A stretch of 64,000 nucleotides of DNA from the human T2T-CHM13v2.0 reference genome, Homo sapiens. A model generated the notes under the pieces. The model did no database searches. It was not told the DNA's origin and worked only from the letters and a program-made list of their open reading frames with translations. Made by a program: the position numbers and the translations under genes. The stretch lies in NCBI RefSeq assembly GCF_009914755.1, contig NC_060948.1, one strand, 5' to 3'. Shown here piece after piece: positions 39,235-58,576 of the stretch (within the stretch, counting starts at the first letter, position 1; the number at the start of each line of letters is the position of its first letter).

Positions 39235-41355
39235 AGATCCATATTTTGTAAATGAAAAAAAATTTCAAAGGTACTCTGCTTGGTACAATAATCAAATGTA
39301 TAAACTGAGGAATAAAACATAAACATGAAACCTACTTATAACTGCATATGGAAAATACAGAGGATAATTTTTTAAATAACATATTTTGAAAGCCTTAACT
39401 AGTAATTTGAAGAGTTGGCATTTGAAAGGCCAGTATGAATATACCTTCAAAGCAGCAACACAGGTTCCCCATGAGAAAAAGCAAACTCAGGGAAAATAAA
39501 ACCACAAAGGTTCAATCTCTTCTGACCTTTGAAAGACACAGCACAGACAGTGGTCCTTAGGACGAAGAGCAGGAGACCCCTAATTCCGTCACCATGGCGA
39601 TAGGGCATAAACACTGCTGGGTGAGGGCACAATCCACATTGTGAGGTCCAACTGCTGCCAGGAAGACAGGAGTGCTTTTACATAGACCGAAAGGTCATTG
39701 AAGGCTCAGAGTTTTGTTTCAAGAACTGAATCCCAAGCCCACACGTTATTAGGCTGCGCTTCTTAAAACAAGTTATGAGATGGGAAAAAGGGCACTAACA
39801 AACATACGTATACATTATGTATATAATAATATACAGTATCATATATATAATATATATAACCTATGTATAATATTGTTTTACATCCTGCATCTTATATTAT
39901 ATATATTGTGTAAAATATAATAATTGATAATATATAAGTTTTATATTTATACAATATGACATATAGTATATATTATAATTTATGACATATATAATATATG
40001 TTATATATCATATATAGAATATATTATACGGTTAATATACGTATTAAATATAAATTATACATTATATATATTATATATAATATATCTGCTATATATAATA
40101 CCCATTATGCATAATATATATATTATGTCTATGTTATGTATAGTATAAAACAACATATAATAATATATAATTGTATATATAAAATGCGACATATAATATA
40201 TATTATATTTTATGACATCTGTAATATATATTATATATTATATATAATACGTTGTATGTATAATACCTATATTAAATATATATTATATGACTATGTTATT
40301 AATTACATGTCACATATGTTATATATTATATATTTTACATAGAATATACCGGTTACATACAATATATACTATGTTACCTATAATGTATAATTTATTACAT
40401 GTAAAATAAAGAATGCAATATATTATGTGTAATTTATAATATACAATATGTGGAATGTGATATATATAACATATAATATATGATATATGATATACAGTAT
40501 ACGATATATAACATACAATATATGATACCTAATATATATGGTATACAATATATATTTTATGATATGTATTCTATATGTTTTATATTCTGTTATATATAAC
40601 TATTTGAAATTATATATAACTGTATAATATTTTATGTAAATATGTAATATAATATATATAACTATATAATATATTATATATAACTATATATTATGTTATA
40701 TATACTTTCATAACTTTATTTACATAAAATATCATAGTATAATATATATTATATTACTTCATATTACATAATATATATTACATATCACCCAATATAAGTA
40801 ACATACATAATATTATAATATACATTATATTATGTTTTATTAAATATAATATATATCATGTATCATATATTCTATAATATATATTACACATTATATAATA
40901 TGCATGTTGTCTATTATGTGATATATATAACTATATATATAATTATATTATTATACATATATCTAGATAAACATGTAATTCTACATATTTTCATTTATAA
41001 TATATAGAATTACATAATCATATATAATTATATTCTATAAAAAATTATATCATTATATAAATTATAATATATAAAAATTATAATATGTACTACAAATATA
41101 TATATTATATATCATATATGATATAGTACCTTTGTTATATATCATAATACATATAAATGTGTATTATGTTATCTATAATTATATAATTTCATATATAAGA
41201 TGTATAATTATTATATATTATAAATGTTATGTAATATATATAGTATATATAAGATGACACAGGATAAATATTATATACTATGACATATAAAATATATGAG
41301 GTTATATGTTACATATAAGGCATAGCACATAACATGTAATATATATCATCTTTAA

Positions 41356-41647
41356 TTTTTTTTTAGACAGAGTCTTGTCCTGTTGCACAGGGTGGAGTAA
41401 AATGGCGCCATCTTTGCTCACTGCAACATCTGCCTCACGGGTCCAAGCGATTGTCCTCCCTCAGCCTCCCAGGTAGCTGGGACTGCACCACACTGCGACT
41501 ACACCAGCTGCCACCATGCCTAGCTAATTTTTTGGATTTTTAGTAGTGACAGCGTTTCACTGTATTGGCCAGGATGGTCTTGATCTCTTCACCTTGTGAT
41601 CCCCTTGCCTTGGCCTCCAAATTTGCTGGGATTACAGGCCTGAGCCA
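41356..41647 (-). mobile_element. Truncated Alu, unit 18
   Basis: Same Alu copy at a fixed offset in the unit. Confidence 0.93.
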
Positions 41648-43752
41648 AGATCCATATTTTGTAAATGAAAAAAAATTTCAAAGGTACTCTGCTTGGTACA
41701 ATAATCAAATGTATAAACTGAGGAATAAAACATAAACATGAAACCTACTTATAACTGCATATGGAAAATACAGAGGATAATTTTTTAAATAACATATTTT
41801 GAAAGCCTTAACTAGTAATTTGAAGAGTTGGCATTTGAAAGGCCAGTATGAATATACCTTCAAAGCAGCAACACAGGTTCCCCATGAGAAAAAGCAAACT
41901 CAGGGAAAATAAAACCACAAAGGTTCAATCTCTTCTGACCTTTGAAAGACACAGCACAGACAGTGGTCCTTAGGACGAAGAGCAGGAGACCCCTAATTCC
42001 GTCACCATGGCGATAGGGCATAAACACTGCTGGGTGAGGGCACAATCCACATTGTGAGGTCCAACTGCTGCCAGGAAGACAGGAGTGCTTTTACATAGAC
42101 CGAAAGGTCATTGAAGGCTCAGAGTTTTGTTTCAAGAACTGAATCCCAAGCCCACACGTTATTAGGCTGCGCTTCTTAAAACAAGTTATGAGATGGGAAA
42201 AAGGGCACTAACAAACATACGTATACATTATGTATATAATAATATACAGTATCATATATATAATATATATAACCTATGTATAATATTGTTTTACATCCTG
42301 CATCTTATATTATATATATTGTGTAAAATATAATAATTGATAATATATAAGTTTTATATTTATACAATATGACATATAGTATATATTATAATTTATGACA
42401 TATATAATATATGTTATATATCATATATAGAATATATTATACGGTTAATATACGTATTAAATATAAATTATACATTATATATATTATATATAATATATCT
42501 GCTATATATAATACCCATTATGCATAATATATATATTATGTCTATGTTATGTATAGTATAAAACAACATATAATAATATATAATTGTATATATAAAATGC
42601 GACATATAATATATATTATATTTTATGACATCTGTAATATATATTATATATTATATATAATACGTTGTATGTATAATAGCTATATTAAATATATATTATA
42701 TGACTATGTTATTAATTACATGTCACATATGTTATATATTATATATTATACATAGAATATACCGGTTATATACAATATATACTATGTTACCTATAATGTA
42801 TAATTTATTACATGTAAAATAAAGAATGCAATATATTATGTGTAATTTATAATATACAATATGTGGAATGTGATATATATAACATATAATATATGATATA
42901 TGATATACAGTATATGATATATAACATACAATATATGATACCTAATATATATGGTATACAATATATATTTTATGATATGTATTCTAAATGTTTTATATTC
43001 TGTTATATATAACTGTTTGAAATTATATATAACTGTATAATATTTTATGTAAATATGTAATATAATATATATAACTATATAATATATTATATATAACTAT
43101 ATATTATGTTATATATACTTTTATAACTTTATTTACATAAAATATCATAGTATAATATATATTATATTACTTCATATTACATAATATATATTACATATCA
43201 CCCAATATAAGTAACATACATAATATTATAATATAGATTATATTATGTTATATTAAATATCATATATATCATGTATCATATATTCTATAATATGTATTAT
43301 ACATTATATAATATGCATGTTGTCTATTATGTGATATATATAACTATATATATAATTATATGATTATACATATATCTAGATAAACATGTAATTCTACATG
43401 TTTTCATTTATAATATATAGAATTACATAATCATATATAATTATTTATATTCTATAAAAAATTATATCATTATATAAATTATAATATATAAAAATTATAA
43501 TATGTACTACAAATATATATATTATATATCATATATGATATAGTACCTTTGTTATATATCATAATACATATAAATGTGTATTATGTTATCTATAATTATA
43601 TAATTTCATATATAAGATGTATAATATTTATTATATATTATAAATGTTATGTAATATATATAGTATATATAAGATGACACAGGATAAATATTATATACTA
43701 TGACATATAAAATATATGAGGTTATATGTTACATATAAGGCATAGCACATAA

Positions 43753-44067
<315 letters not shown>

Positions 44068-46172
44068 AGATCCATATTTTGTAAATGAAAAAAAATTTCA
44101 AAGGTACTCTGCTTGGTACAATAATCAAATGTATAAACTGAGGAATAAAACATAAACATGAAACCTACTTATAACTGCATATGGAAAATACAGAGGATAA
44201 TTTTTTAAATAACATATTTTGAAAGCCTTAACTAGTAATTTGAAGAGTTGGCATTTGAAAGGCCAGTATGAATATACCTTCAAAGCAGCAACACAGGTTC
44301 CCCATGAGAAAAAGCAAACTCAGGGAAAATAAAACCACAAAGGTTCAATCTCTTCTGACCTTTGAAAGACACAGCACAGACAGTGGTCCTTAGGACGAAG
44401 AGCAGGAGACCCCTAATTCCGTCACCATGGCGATAGGGCATAAACACTGCTGGGTGAGGGCACAATCCACATTGTGAGGTCCAACTGCTGCCAGGAAGAC
44501 AGGAGTGCTTTTACATAGACCGAAAGGTCATTGAAGGCTCAGAGTTTTGTTTCAAGAACTGAATCCCAAGCCCACACGTTATTAGGCTGCGCTTCTTAAA
44601 ACAAGTTATGAGATGGGAAAAAGGGCACTAACAAACATACGTATACATTATGTATATAATAATATACAGTATCATATATATAATATATATAACCTATGTA
44701 TAATATTGTTTTACATCCTGCATCTTATATTATATATATTGTGTAAAATATAATAATTGATAATATATAAGTTTTATATTTATACAATATGACATATAGT
44801 ATATATTATAATTTATGACATATATAATATATGTTATATATCATATATAGAATATATTATACGGTTAATATACGTATTAAATATAAATTATACATTATAT
44901 ATATTATATATAATATATCTGCTATATATAATACCCATTATGCATAATATATATATTATGTCTATGTTATGTATAGTATAAAACAACATATAATAATATA
45001 TAATTGTATATATAAAATGCGACATATAATATATATTATATTTTATGACATCTGTAATATATATTATATATTATATATAATACGTTGTATGTATAATAGC
45101 TATATTAAATATATATTATATGACTATGTTATTAATTACATGTCACATATGTTATATATTATATATTATACATAGAATATACCGGTTATATACAATATAT
45201 ACTATGTTACCTATAATGTATAATTTATTACATGTAAAATAAAGAATGCAATATATTATGTGTAATTTATAATATACAATATGTGGAATGTGATATATAT
45301 AACATATAATATATGATATATGATATACAGTATATGATATATAACATACAATATATGATACCTAATATATATGGTATACAATATATATTTTATGATATGT
45401 ATTCTAAATGTTTTATATTCTGTTATATATAACTGTTTGAAATTATATATAACTGTATAATATTTTATGTAAATATGTAATATAATATATATAACTATAT
45501 AATATATTATATATAACTATATATTATGTTATATATACTTTTATAACTTTATTTACATAAAATATCATAGTATAATATATATTATATTACTTCATATTAC
45601 ATAATATATATTACATATCACCCAATATAAGTAACATACATAATATTATAATATAGATTATATTATGTTATATTAAATATCATATATATCATGTATCATA
45701 TATTCTATAATATGTATTATACATTATATAATATGCATGTTGTCTATTATGTGATATATATAACTATATATATAATTATATGATTATACATATATCTAGA
45801 TAAACATGTAATTCTACATGTTTTCATTTATAATATATAGAATTACATAATCATATATAATTATATATATTCTATAAAAAATTATATCATTATATAAATT
45901 ATAATATATAAAAATTATAATATGTACTACAAATATATATATTATATATCATATATGATATAGTACCTTTGTTATATATCATAATACATATAAATGTGTA
46001 TTATGTTATCTATAATTATATAATTTCATATATAAGATGTATAATATTTATTATATATTATAAATGTTATGTAATATATATAGTATATATAAGATGACAC
46101 AGGATAAATATTATATACTATGACATATAAAATATATGAGGTTATATGTTACATATAAGGCATAGCACATAA

Positions 46173-46487
<315 letters not shown>

Positions 46488-48592
46488 AGATCCATATTTT
46501 GTAAATGAAAAAAAATTTCAAAGGTACTCTGCTTGGTACAATAATCAAATGTATAAACTGAGGAATAAAACATAAACATGAAACCTACTTATAACTGCAT
46601 ATGGAAAATACAGAGGATAATTTTTTAAATAACATATTTTGAAAGCCTTAACTAGTAATTTGAAGAGTTGGCATTTGAAAGGCCAGTATGAATATACCTT
46701 CAAAGCAGCAACACAGGTTCCCCATGAGAAAAAGCAAACTCAGGGAAAATAAAACCACAAAGGTTCAATCTCTTCTGACCTTTGAAAGACACAGCACAGA
46801 CAGTGGTCCTTAGGACGAAGAGCAGGAGACCCCTAATTCCGTCACCATGGCGATAGGGCATAAACACTGCTGGGTGAGGGCACAATCCACATTGTGAGGT
46901 CCAACTGCTGCCAGGAAGACAGGAGTGCTTTTACATAGACCGAAAGGTCATTGAAGGCTCAGAGTTTTGTTTCAAGAACTGAATCCCAAGCCCACACGTT
47001 ATTAGGCTGCGCTTCTTAAAACAAGTTATGAGATGGGAAAAAGGGCACTAACAAACATACGTATACATTATGTATATAATAATATACAGTATCATATATA
47101 TAATATATATAACCTATGTATAATATTGTTTTACATCCTGCATCTTATATTATATATATTGTGTAAAATATAATAATTGATAATATATAAGTTTTATATT
47201 TATACAATATGACATATAGTATATATTATAATTTATGACATATATAATATATGTTATATATCATATATAGAATATATTATACGGTTAATATACGTATTAA
47301 ATATAAATTATACATTATATATATTATATATAATATATCTGCTATATATAATACCCATTATGCATAATATATATATTATGTCTATGTTATGTATAGTATA
47401 AAACAACATATAATAATATATAATTGTATATATAAAATGCGACATATAATATATATTATATTTTATGACATCTGTAATATATATTATATATTATATATAA
47501 TACGTTGTATGTATAATAGCTATATTAAATATATATTATATGACTATGTTATTAATTACATGTCACATATGTTATATATTATATATTATACATAGAATAT
47601 ACCGGTTATATACAATATATACTATGTTACCTATAATGTATAATTTATTACATGTAAAATAAAGAATGCAATATATTATGTGTAATTTATAATATACAAT
47701 ATGTGGAATGTGATATATATAACATATAATATATGATATATGATATACAGTATATGATATATAACATACAATATATGATACCTAATATATATGGTATACA
47801 ATATATATTTTATGATATGTATTCTAAATGTTTTATATTCTGTTATATATAACTGTTTGAAATTATATATAACTGTATAATATTTTATGTAAATATGTAA
47901 TATAATATATATAACTATATAATATATTATATATAACTATATATTATGTTATATATACTTTTATAACTTTATTTACATAAAATATCATAGTATAATATAT
48001 ATTATATTACTTCATATTACATAATATATATTACATATCACCCAATATAAGTAACATACATAATATTATAATATAGATTATATTATGTTATATTAAATAT
48101 CATATATATCATGTATCATATATTCTATAATATGTATTATACATTATATAATATGCATGTTGTCTATTATGTGATATATATAACTATATATATAATTATA
48201 TGATTATACATATATCTAGATAAACATGTAATTCTACATGTTTTCATTTATAATATATAGAATTACATAATCATATATAATTATTTATATTCTATAAAAA
48301 ATTATATCATTATATAAATTATAATATATAAAAATTCTAATATGTACTACAAATATATATATTATATATCATATATGATATAGTACCTTTGTTATATATC
48401 ATAATACATATAAATGTGTATTATGTTATCTATAATTATATAATTTCATATATAAGATGTATAATATTTATTATATATTATAAATGTTATGTAATATATA
48501 TAGTATATATAAGATGACACAGGATAAATATTATATACTATGACATATAAAATATATGAGGTTATATGTTACATATAAGGCATAGCACATAA

Positions 48593-48907
<315 letters not shown>

Positions 48908-51012
48908 AGATCCATATTTTGTAAATGAAAAAAAATTTCAAAGGTACTCTGCTTGGTACAATAATCAAATGTATAAACTGAGGAATAAAACATAAACATG
49001 AAACCTACTTATAACTGCATATGGAAAATACAGAGGATAATTTTTTAAATAACATATTTTGAAAGCCTTAACTAGTAATTTGAAGAGTTGGCATTTGAAA
49101 GGCCAGTATGAATATACCTTCAAAGCAGCAACACAGGTTCCCCATGAGAAAAAGCAAACTCAGGGAAAATAAAACCACAAAGGTTCAATCTCTTCTGACC
49201 TTTGAAAGACACAGCACAGACAGTGGTCCTTAGGACGAAGAGCAGGAGACCCCTAATTCCGTCACCATGGCGATAGGGCATAAACACTGCTGGGTGAGGG
49301 CACAATCCACATTGTGAGGTCCAACTGCTGCCAGGAAGACAGGAGTGCTTTTACATAGACCGAAAGGTCATTGAAGGCTCAGAGTTTTGTTTCAAGAACT
49401 GAATCCCAAGCCCACACGTTATTAGGCTGCGCTTCTTAAAACAAGTTATGAGATGGGAAAAAGGGCACTAACAAACATACGTATACATTATGTATATAAT
49501 AATATACAGTATCATATATATAATATATATAACCTATGTATAATATTGTTTTACATCCTGCATCTTATATTATATATATTGTGTAAAATATAATAATTGA
49601 TAATATATAAGTTTTATATTTATACAATATGACATATAGTATATATTATAATTTATGACATATATAATATATGTTATATATCATATATAGAATATATTAT
49701 ACGGTTAATATACGTATTAAATATAAATTATACATTATATATATTATATATAATATATCTGCTATATATAATACCCATTATGCATAATATATATATTATG
49801 TCTATGTTATGTATAGTATAAAACAACATATAATAATATATAATTGTATATATAAAATGCGACATATAATATATATTATATTTTATGACATCTGTAATAT
49901 ATATTATATATTATATATAATACGTTGTATGTATAATAGCTATATTAAATATATATTATATGACTATGTTATTAATTACATGTCACATATGTTATATATT
50001 ATATATTATACATAGAATATACCGGTTATATACAATATATACTATGTTACCTATAATGTATAATTTATTACATGTAAAATAAAGAATGCAATATATTATG
50101 TGTAATTTATAATATACAATATGTGGAATGTGATATATATAACATATAATATATGATATATGATATACAGTATATGATATATAACATACAATATATGATA
50201 CCTAATATATATGGTATACAATATATATTTTATGATATGTATTCTAAATGTTTTATATTCTGTTATATATAACTGTTTGAAATTATATATAACTGTATAA
50301 TATTTTATGTAAATATGTAATATAATATATATAACTATATAATATATTATATATAACTATATATTATGTTATATATACTTTTATAACTTTATTTACATAA
50401 AATATCATAGTATAATATATATTATATTACTTCATATTACATAATATATATTACATATCACCCAATATAAGTAACATACATAATATTATAATATAGATTA
50501 TATTATGTTATATTAAATATCATATATATCATGTATCATATATTCTATAATATGTATTATACATTATATAATATGCATGTTGTCTATTATGTGATATATA
50601 TAACTATATATATAATTATATGATTATACATATATCTAGATAAACATGTAATTCTACATATTTTCATTTATAATATATAGAATTACATAATCATATATAA
50701 TTATTTATAGTCTATAAAAAATTATATCATTATATAAATTATAATATATAAAAATTATAATATGTACTACAAATATATATATTATATATCATATATGATA
50801 TAGTACCTTTGTTATATATCATAATACATATAAATGTGTATTATGTTATCTATAATTATATAATTTCATATATAAGATGTATAATATTTATTATATATTA
50901 TATATGTTATGAAATATATATAGTATATATAAGATGACACAGGATAAATATTATATACTATGACATATAAGATATATGAGGTTATATGTTACATATAAGG
51001 CATAGCACATAA

Positions 51013-51327
<315 letters not shown>

Positions 51328-53428
51328 AGATCCATATTTTTTAAATGAAAAAAAATTTCAAAGGTACTCTGCTTGGTACAATAATCAAATGTATAAACTG
51401 AGGAATAAAACATAACCATGAAACCTACTTATAACTGCAAATGGAAAATACAGAGGATAATTTTTTAAATAACATATTTTGAAAGCCTTAACTAGTAATT
51501 TGAAGAGTTGGCATTTGAAAGGCCAGTATGAATATACCTTCAAAGCAGCAACACAGGTTCCCCATGAGAAAAAGCAAACTCAGGGAAAATAAAACCACAA
51601 AGGTTCAATCTCTTCTGACCTTTGAAAGACACAGCACAGACAGTGGTCCTTAGGACGAAGAGCAGGAGACCCCTAATTCCGTCACCATGGCGATAGGGCA
51701 TAAACACTGCTGGGTGAGGGCACAATCCACATTGTGAGGTCCAACTGCTGCCAGGAAGACAGGAGTGCTTTTACATAGACCGAAAGGTCATTGAAGGCTC
51801 AGAGTTTTGTTTCAAGAACTGAATCCCAAGCCCACACGTTATTAGGCTGCGCTTCTTAAAACAAGTTATGAGATGGGAAAAAGGGCACCCACAAACATAC
51901 GTATACATTATGTATATAATAATATACAGTATCATATATATAATATATATAACCTATGTATAATATTGTTTTACATCCTGCATCTTATATTATATATATT
52001 GTGTAAAATATAATAATTGATAATATATAAGTTTTATATTTATACAATATGACATATAGTATATATTATAATTTATGACATATATAATATATGTTATATA
52101 TCATATATAGAAAATATTATACGGTTAATATACGTATTAAATATAAATTATACATTATATATATTATATATAATATATCTGCTATATATAATACCCATTA
52201 TGCATAATATATATATTATGTCTATGTTATGTATAGTATAAAACAACATATAATAATATATAATTGTATATATAAAATGCGACATATAATATATATTATA
52301 TTTTATGACATCTGTAATATATATTATATATTATATATAATACGTTGTATGTATAATACCTATATTAAATATATATTTTATGACTATGTTATTAATTACA
52401 TGTCACATATGTTATATATTATATATTTTATAAAGAATATACCGGTTACATACATTATATACTATGTTACCTATAATGTATAATTTATTACATGTAAAAT
52501 AAAGAATGCAATATATTATGTGTAATTTATAATATACAATATGTGGAATGTGATATATATAACATATAATATATGATATATGATATACAGTATATGATAT
52601 ATAACATACAATATATGATACCTAATATATATGGTATACAATATATATTTTATGATATGTATTCTATATGTTTTATATTCTGTTATATATAACTATTTGA
52701 AATTATATATAACTGTATAATATTTTATGTAAATATGTAATATAATATATATAACTATATAATATATTATATATAACTATATATTATGTTATATATACTT
52801 TTATAACTTTATTTACATAAAATATCATAGTATAATATATATTATATTACTTCATATTACATAATATATATTACATATCACCCAATATAAGTAACATACA
52901 TAATATTATAATATACATTATATTATGTTATATTAAATATCATATATATCATGTATCATATATTCTATAATATATATTATACATTATATAATATGCATGT
53001 TGTCTATTATGTGATATATATAACTATATATATAATTATATTATTATACATATATCTAGATAAACATGTAATTCTACATATTTTCATTTATAATATATAG
53101 AATTACATAATCATATATAATTATATTCTATAAAAAATTATATCATTATATAAATTATAATATATAAAAATTCTAATATGTACTACAAATATATATATTA
53201 TATATCATATATGATATAGTACCTTTGTTATATATCATAATACATATAAATGTGTATTATGTTATCTATAATTATATAATTTCATATATAAGATGCATAA
53301 TATTTATTATATATTATAAATGTTATGTAATATATATAGTATATATAAGATGACACAGGATAAATATTATATACTATGACATATAAGATATATGAGGTTA
53401 TATGTTACATGTAAGGCATAGCACATAA

Positions 53429-53743
<315 letters not shown>

Positions 53744-55841
53744 AGATCCATATTTTGTAAATGAAAAAAAATTTCAAAGGTACTCTGCTTGGTACAATAA
53801 TCAAATGTATAAACTGAGGAATAAAACATAACCATGAAACCTACTTATAACTGCATATGGAAAATACAGAGGATAATTTTTTAAATAACATATTTTGAAA
53901 GCCTTAACTAGTAATTTGAAGAGTTGGCATTTGAAAGGCCAGTATGAATATACCTTCAAAGCAGCAACACAGGTTCCCCATGAGAAAAAGCAAACTCAGG
54001 GAAAATAAAACCACAAAGGTTCAATCTCTTCTGACCTTTGAAAGACACAGCACAGACAGTGGTCCTTAGGACGAAGAGCAGGAGACCCCTAATTCCGTCA
54101 CCATGGCGATAGGGCATAAACACTGCTGGGTGAGGGCACAATCCACATTGTGAGGTCCAACTGCTGCCAGGAAGACAGGAGTGCTTTTACATAGACCGAA
54201 AGGTCATTGAAGGCTCAGAGTTTTGTTTCAAGAACTGAATCCCAAGCCCACACGTTATTAGGCTGCGCTTCTTAAAACAAGTTATGAGATGGGAAAAAGG
54301 GCACCCACAAACATACGTATACATTATGTATATAATCATATACAGTATCATATATATAATATATATAACCTATGTATAATATTGTTTTACATCCTGCATC
54401 TTATATTATATATATTGTGTAAAATATAATAATTGATAATATATAAGTTTTATATTTATACAATATGACATATAGTATATATTATAATTTATGACATATA
54501 TAATATATGTTATATATCATATATAGAATATATTATACGGTTAATATACGTATTAAATATAAATTATACATTATATATATTATATATAATATATCTGCTA
54601 TATATAATACCCATTATGCATAATATATATATTATGTCTATGTTATTTATAGTATAAAACAACATATAATAATATATAATTGTATATATAAAATGCGACA
54701 TATAATATATATTATATTTTATGACATCTGTAATATATATTATATATTATATATAATACGTTGTATGTATAATACCTATATTAAATATATATTATATGAC
54801 TATGTTATTAATTACATGTCACATATGTTATATATTATATATTTTACATAGAATATACCGGTTACATACAATATATACTATGTTACCTATAATGTATAAT
54901 TTATTACATGTAAAATAAAGAATGCAATATATTATGTGTAATTTATAATATACAATATGTGGAATGTGATATATATAACATATAATATATGATATATGAT
55001 ATACAGTATACGATATATAACATACAATATATGATACCTAATATATATGGTATACAATATATATTTTATGATATGTATTCTATATGTTTTATATTCTGTT
55101 ATATATAACTATTTGAAATTATATATAACTGTATAATATTTTATGTAAATATGTAATATAATATATATAACTATATAATATATTATATATAACTATATAT
55201 TATGTTATATATACTTTCATAACTTTATTTACATAAAATATCATAGTATAATATATATTATATTACTTCATATTACATAATATATATTACATATCACCCA
55301 ATATAAGTAACATACATAATATTATAATATACATTATATTATGTTTTATTAAATATAATATATATCATGTATCATATATTCTATAATATATATTACACAT
55401 TATATAATATGCATGTTGTCTATTATGTGATATATATAACTATATATATAATTATATTATTATACATATATCTAGATAAACATGTAATTCTACATATTTT
55501 CATTTATAATATATAGAATTACATAATCATATATAATTATATTCTATAAAAAATTATATCATTATATAAATTATAATATATAAAAATTATAATATGTACT
55601 ACAAATATATATATTATATATCATATATGATATAGTACCTTTGTTATATATCATAATACATATAAATGTGTATTATGTTATCTATAATTATATAATTTCA
55701 TATATAAGATGTATAATTATTATATATTATAAATGTTATGTAATATATATAGTATATATAAGATGACACAGGATAAATATTATATACTATGACATATAAA
55801 ATATATGAGGTTATATGTTACATATAAGGCATAGCACATAA

Positions 55842-56156
<315 letters not shown>

Positions 56157-58284
56157 AGATCCATATTTTGTAAATGAAAAAAAATTTCAAAGGTACTCTG
56201 CTTGGTACAATAATCAAATGTATAAACTGAGGAATAAAACATAAACATGAAACCTACTTATAACTGCATATGGAAAATACAGAGGATAATTTTTTAAATA
56301 ACATATTTTGAAAGCCTTAACTAGTAATTTGAAGAGTTGGCATTTGAAAGGCCAGTATGAATATACCTTCAAAGCAGCAACACAGGTTCCCCATGAGAAA
56401 AAGCAAACTCAGGGAAAATAAAACCACAAAGGTTCAATCTCTTCTGACCTTTGAAAGACACAGCACAGACAGTGGTCCTTAGGACGAAGAGCAGGAGACC
56501 CCTAATTCCGTCACCATGGCGATAGGGCATAAACACTGCTGGGTGAGGGCACAATCCACATTGTGAGGTCCAACTGCTGCCAGGAAGACAGGAGTGCTTT
56601 TACATAGACCGAAAGGTCATTGAAGGCTCAGAGTTTTGTTTCAAGAACTGAATCCCAAGCCCACACGTTATTAGGCTGCGCTTCTTAAAACAAGTTATGA
56701 GATGGGAAAAAGGGCACTAACAAACATACGTATACATTATGTATATAATAATATACGGTATCATATATATAATATATATAACCTATGTATAATATTGTTT
56801 TACATCCTGCATCTTATATTATATATATTGTGTAAAATATAATAATTGATAATATATAAGTTTTATATTTATACAATATGACATATAGTATATATTATAA
56901 TTTATGACATATATAATATATGTTATATATCATATATAGAATATATTATACGGTTAATATACGTATTAAATATAAATTATACATTATATATATTATATAT
57001 AATATATCTGCTATATATAATACCCATTATGCATAATATATATATTATGTCTATGTTATGTATAGTATAAAACAACATATAATAATATATAATTGTATAT
57101 ATAAAATGCGACATATAATATATATTATATTTTATGACATCTGTAATATATATTATATATTATATATAATACGTTGTATGTATAATACCTATATTAAATA
57201 TATATTATATGACTATGTTATTAATTACATGTCACATATGTTATATATTATATATTATACATAGAATATACCGGTTATATACAATATATACTATGTTACC
57301 TATAATGTATAATTTATTACATGTAAAATAAAGAATGCAATATATTATGTGTAATTTATAATATACAATATGTGGAATGTGATATATATAACATATAATA
57401 TATGATATATGATATACAGTATATGATATATAACATACAATATATGATACCTAATATATATGGTATACAATATATATTTTATGATATGTATTCTAAATGT
57501 TTTATATTCTGTTATATATAACTGTTTGAAATTATATATAACTGTATAATATTTTATGTAAATATGTAATATAATATATATAACTATATAATATATTATA
57601 TATAACTATATATTATGTTATATATACTTTTATAACTTTATTTACATAAAATATCATAGTATAATATATATTATATTACTTCATATTACATAATATATAT
57701 TACATATCACCCAATATAAGTAACATACATAATATTATAATATAGATTATATTATGTTATATTAAATATCATATATATCATGTATCATATATTCTATAAT
57801 ATGTATTATACATTATATAATATGCATGTTGTCTATTATGTGATATATATAACTATATATATAATTATATGATTATACATATATCTAGATAAACATGTAA
57901 TTCTACATGTTTTCATTTATAATATATAGAATTACATAATCATATATAATTATTTATATTCTATAAAAAATTATATCATTATATAAATTATAATATATAA
58001 AAATTATAATATGTACTACAAATATATATATTATATATCATATATGATATAGTACCTTTGTTATATATCATAATACATATAAATGTGTATTATGTTATCT
58101 ATAATTATATAATTTCATATATAAGATGTATAATATTTATTATATATTATAAATGTTATGTAATATATATAGTATATATAAGATGACACAGGATAAATAT
58201 TATATACTATGACATATAAAATATATGAGGTTATATGTTACATATAAGGCATAGCACATAACATGTAATATATATCATCTTTAA

Positions 58285-58576
<292 letters not shown>
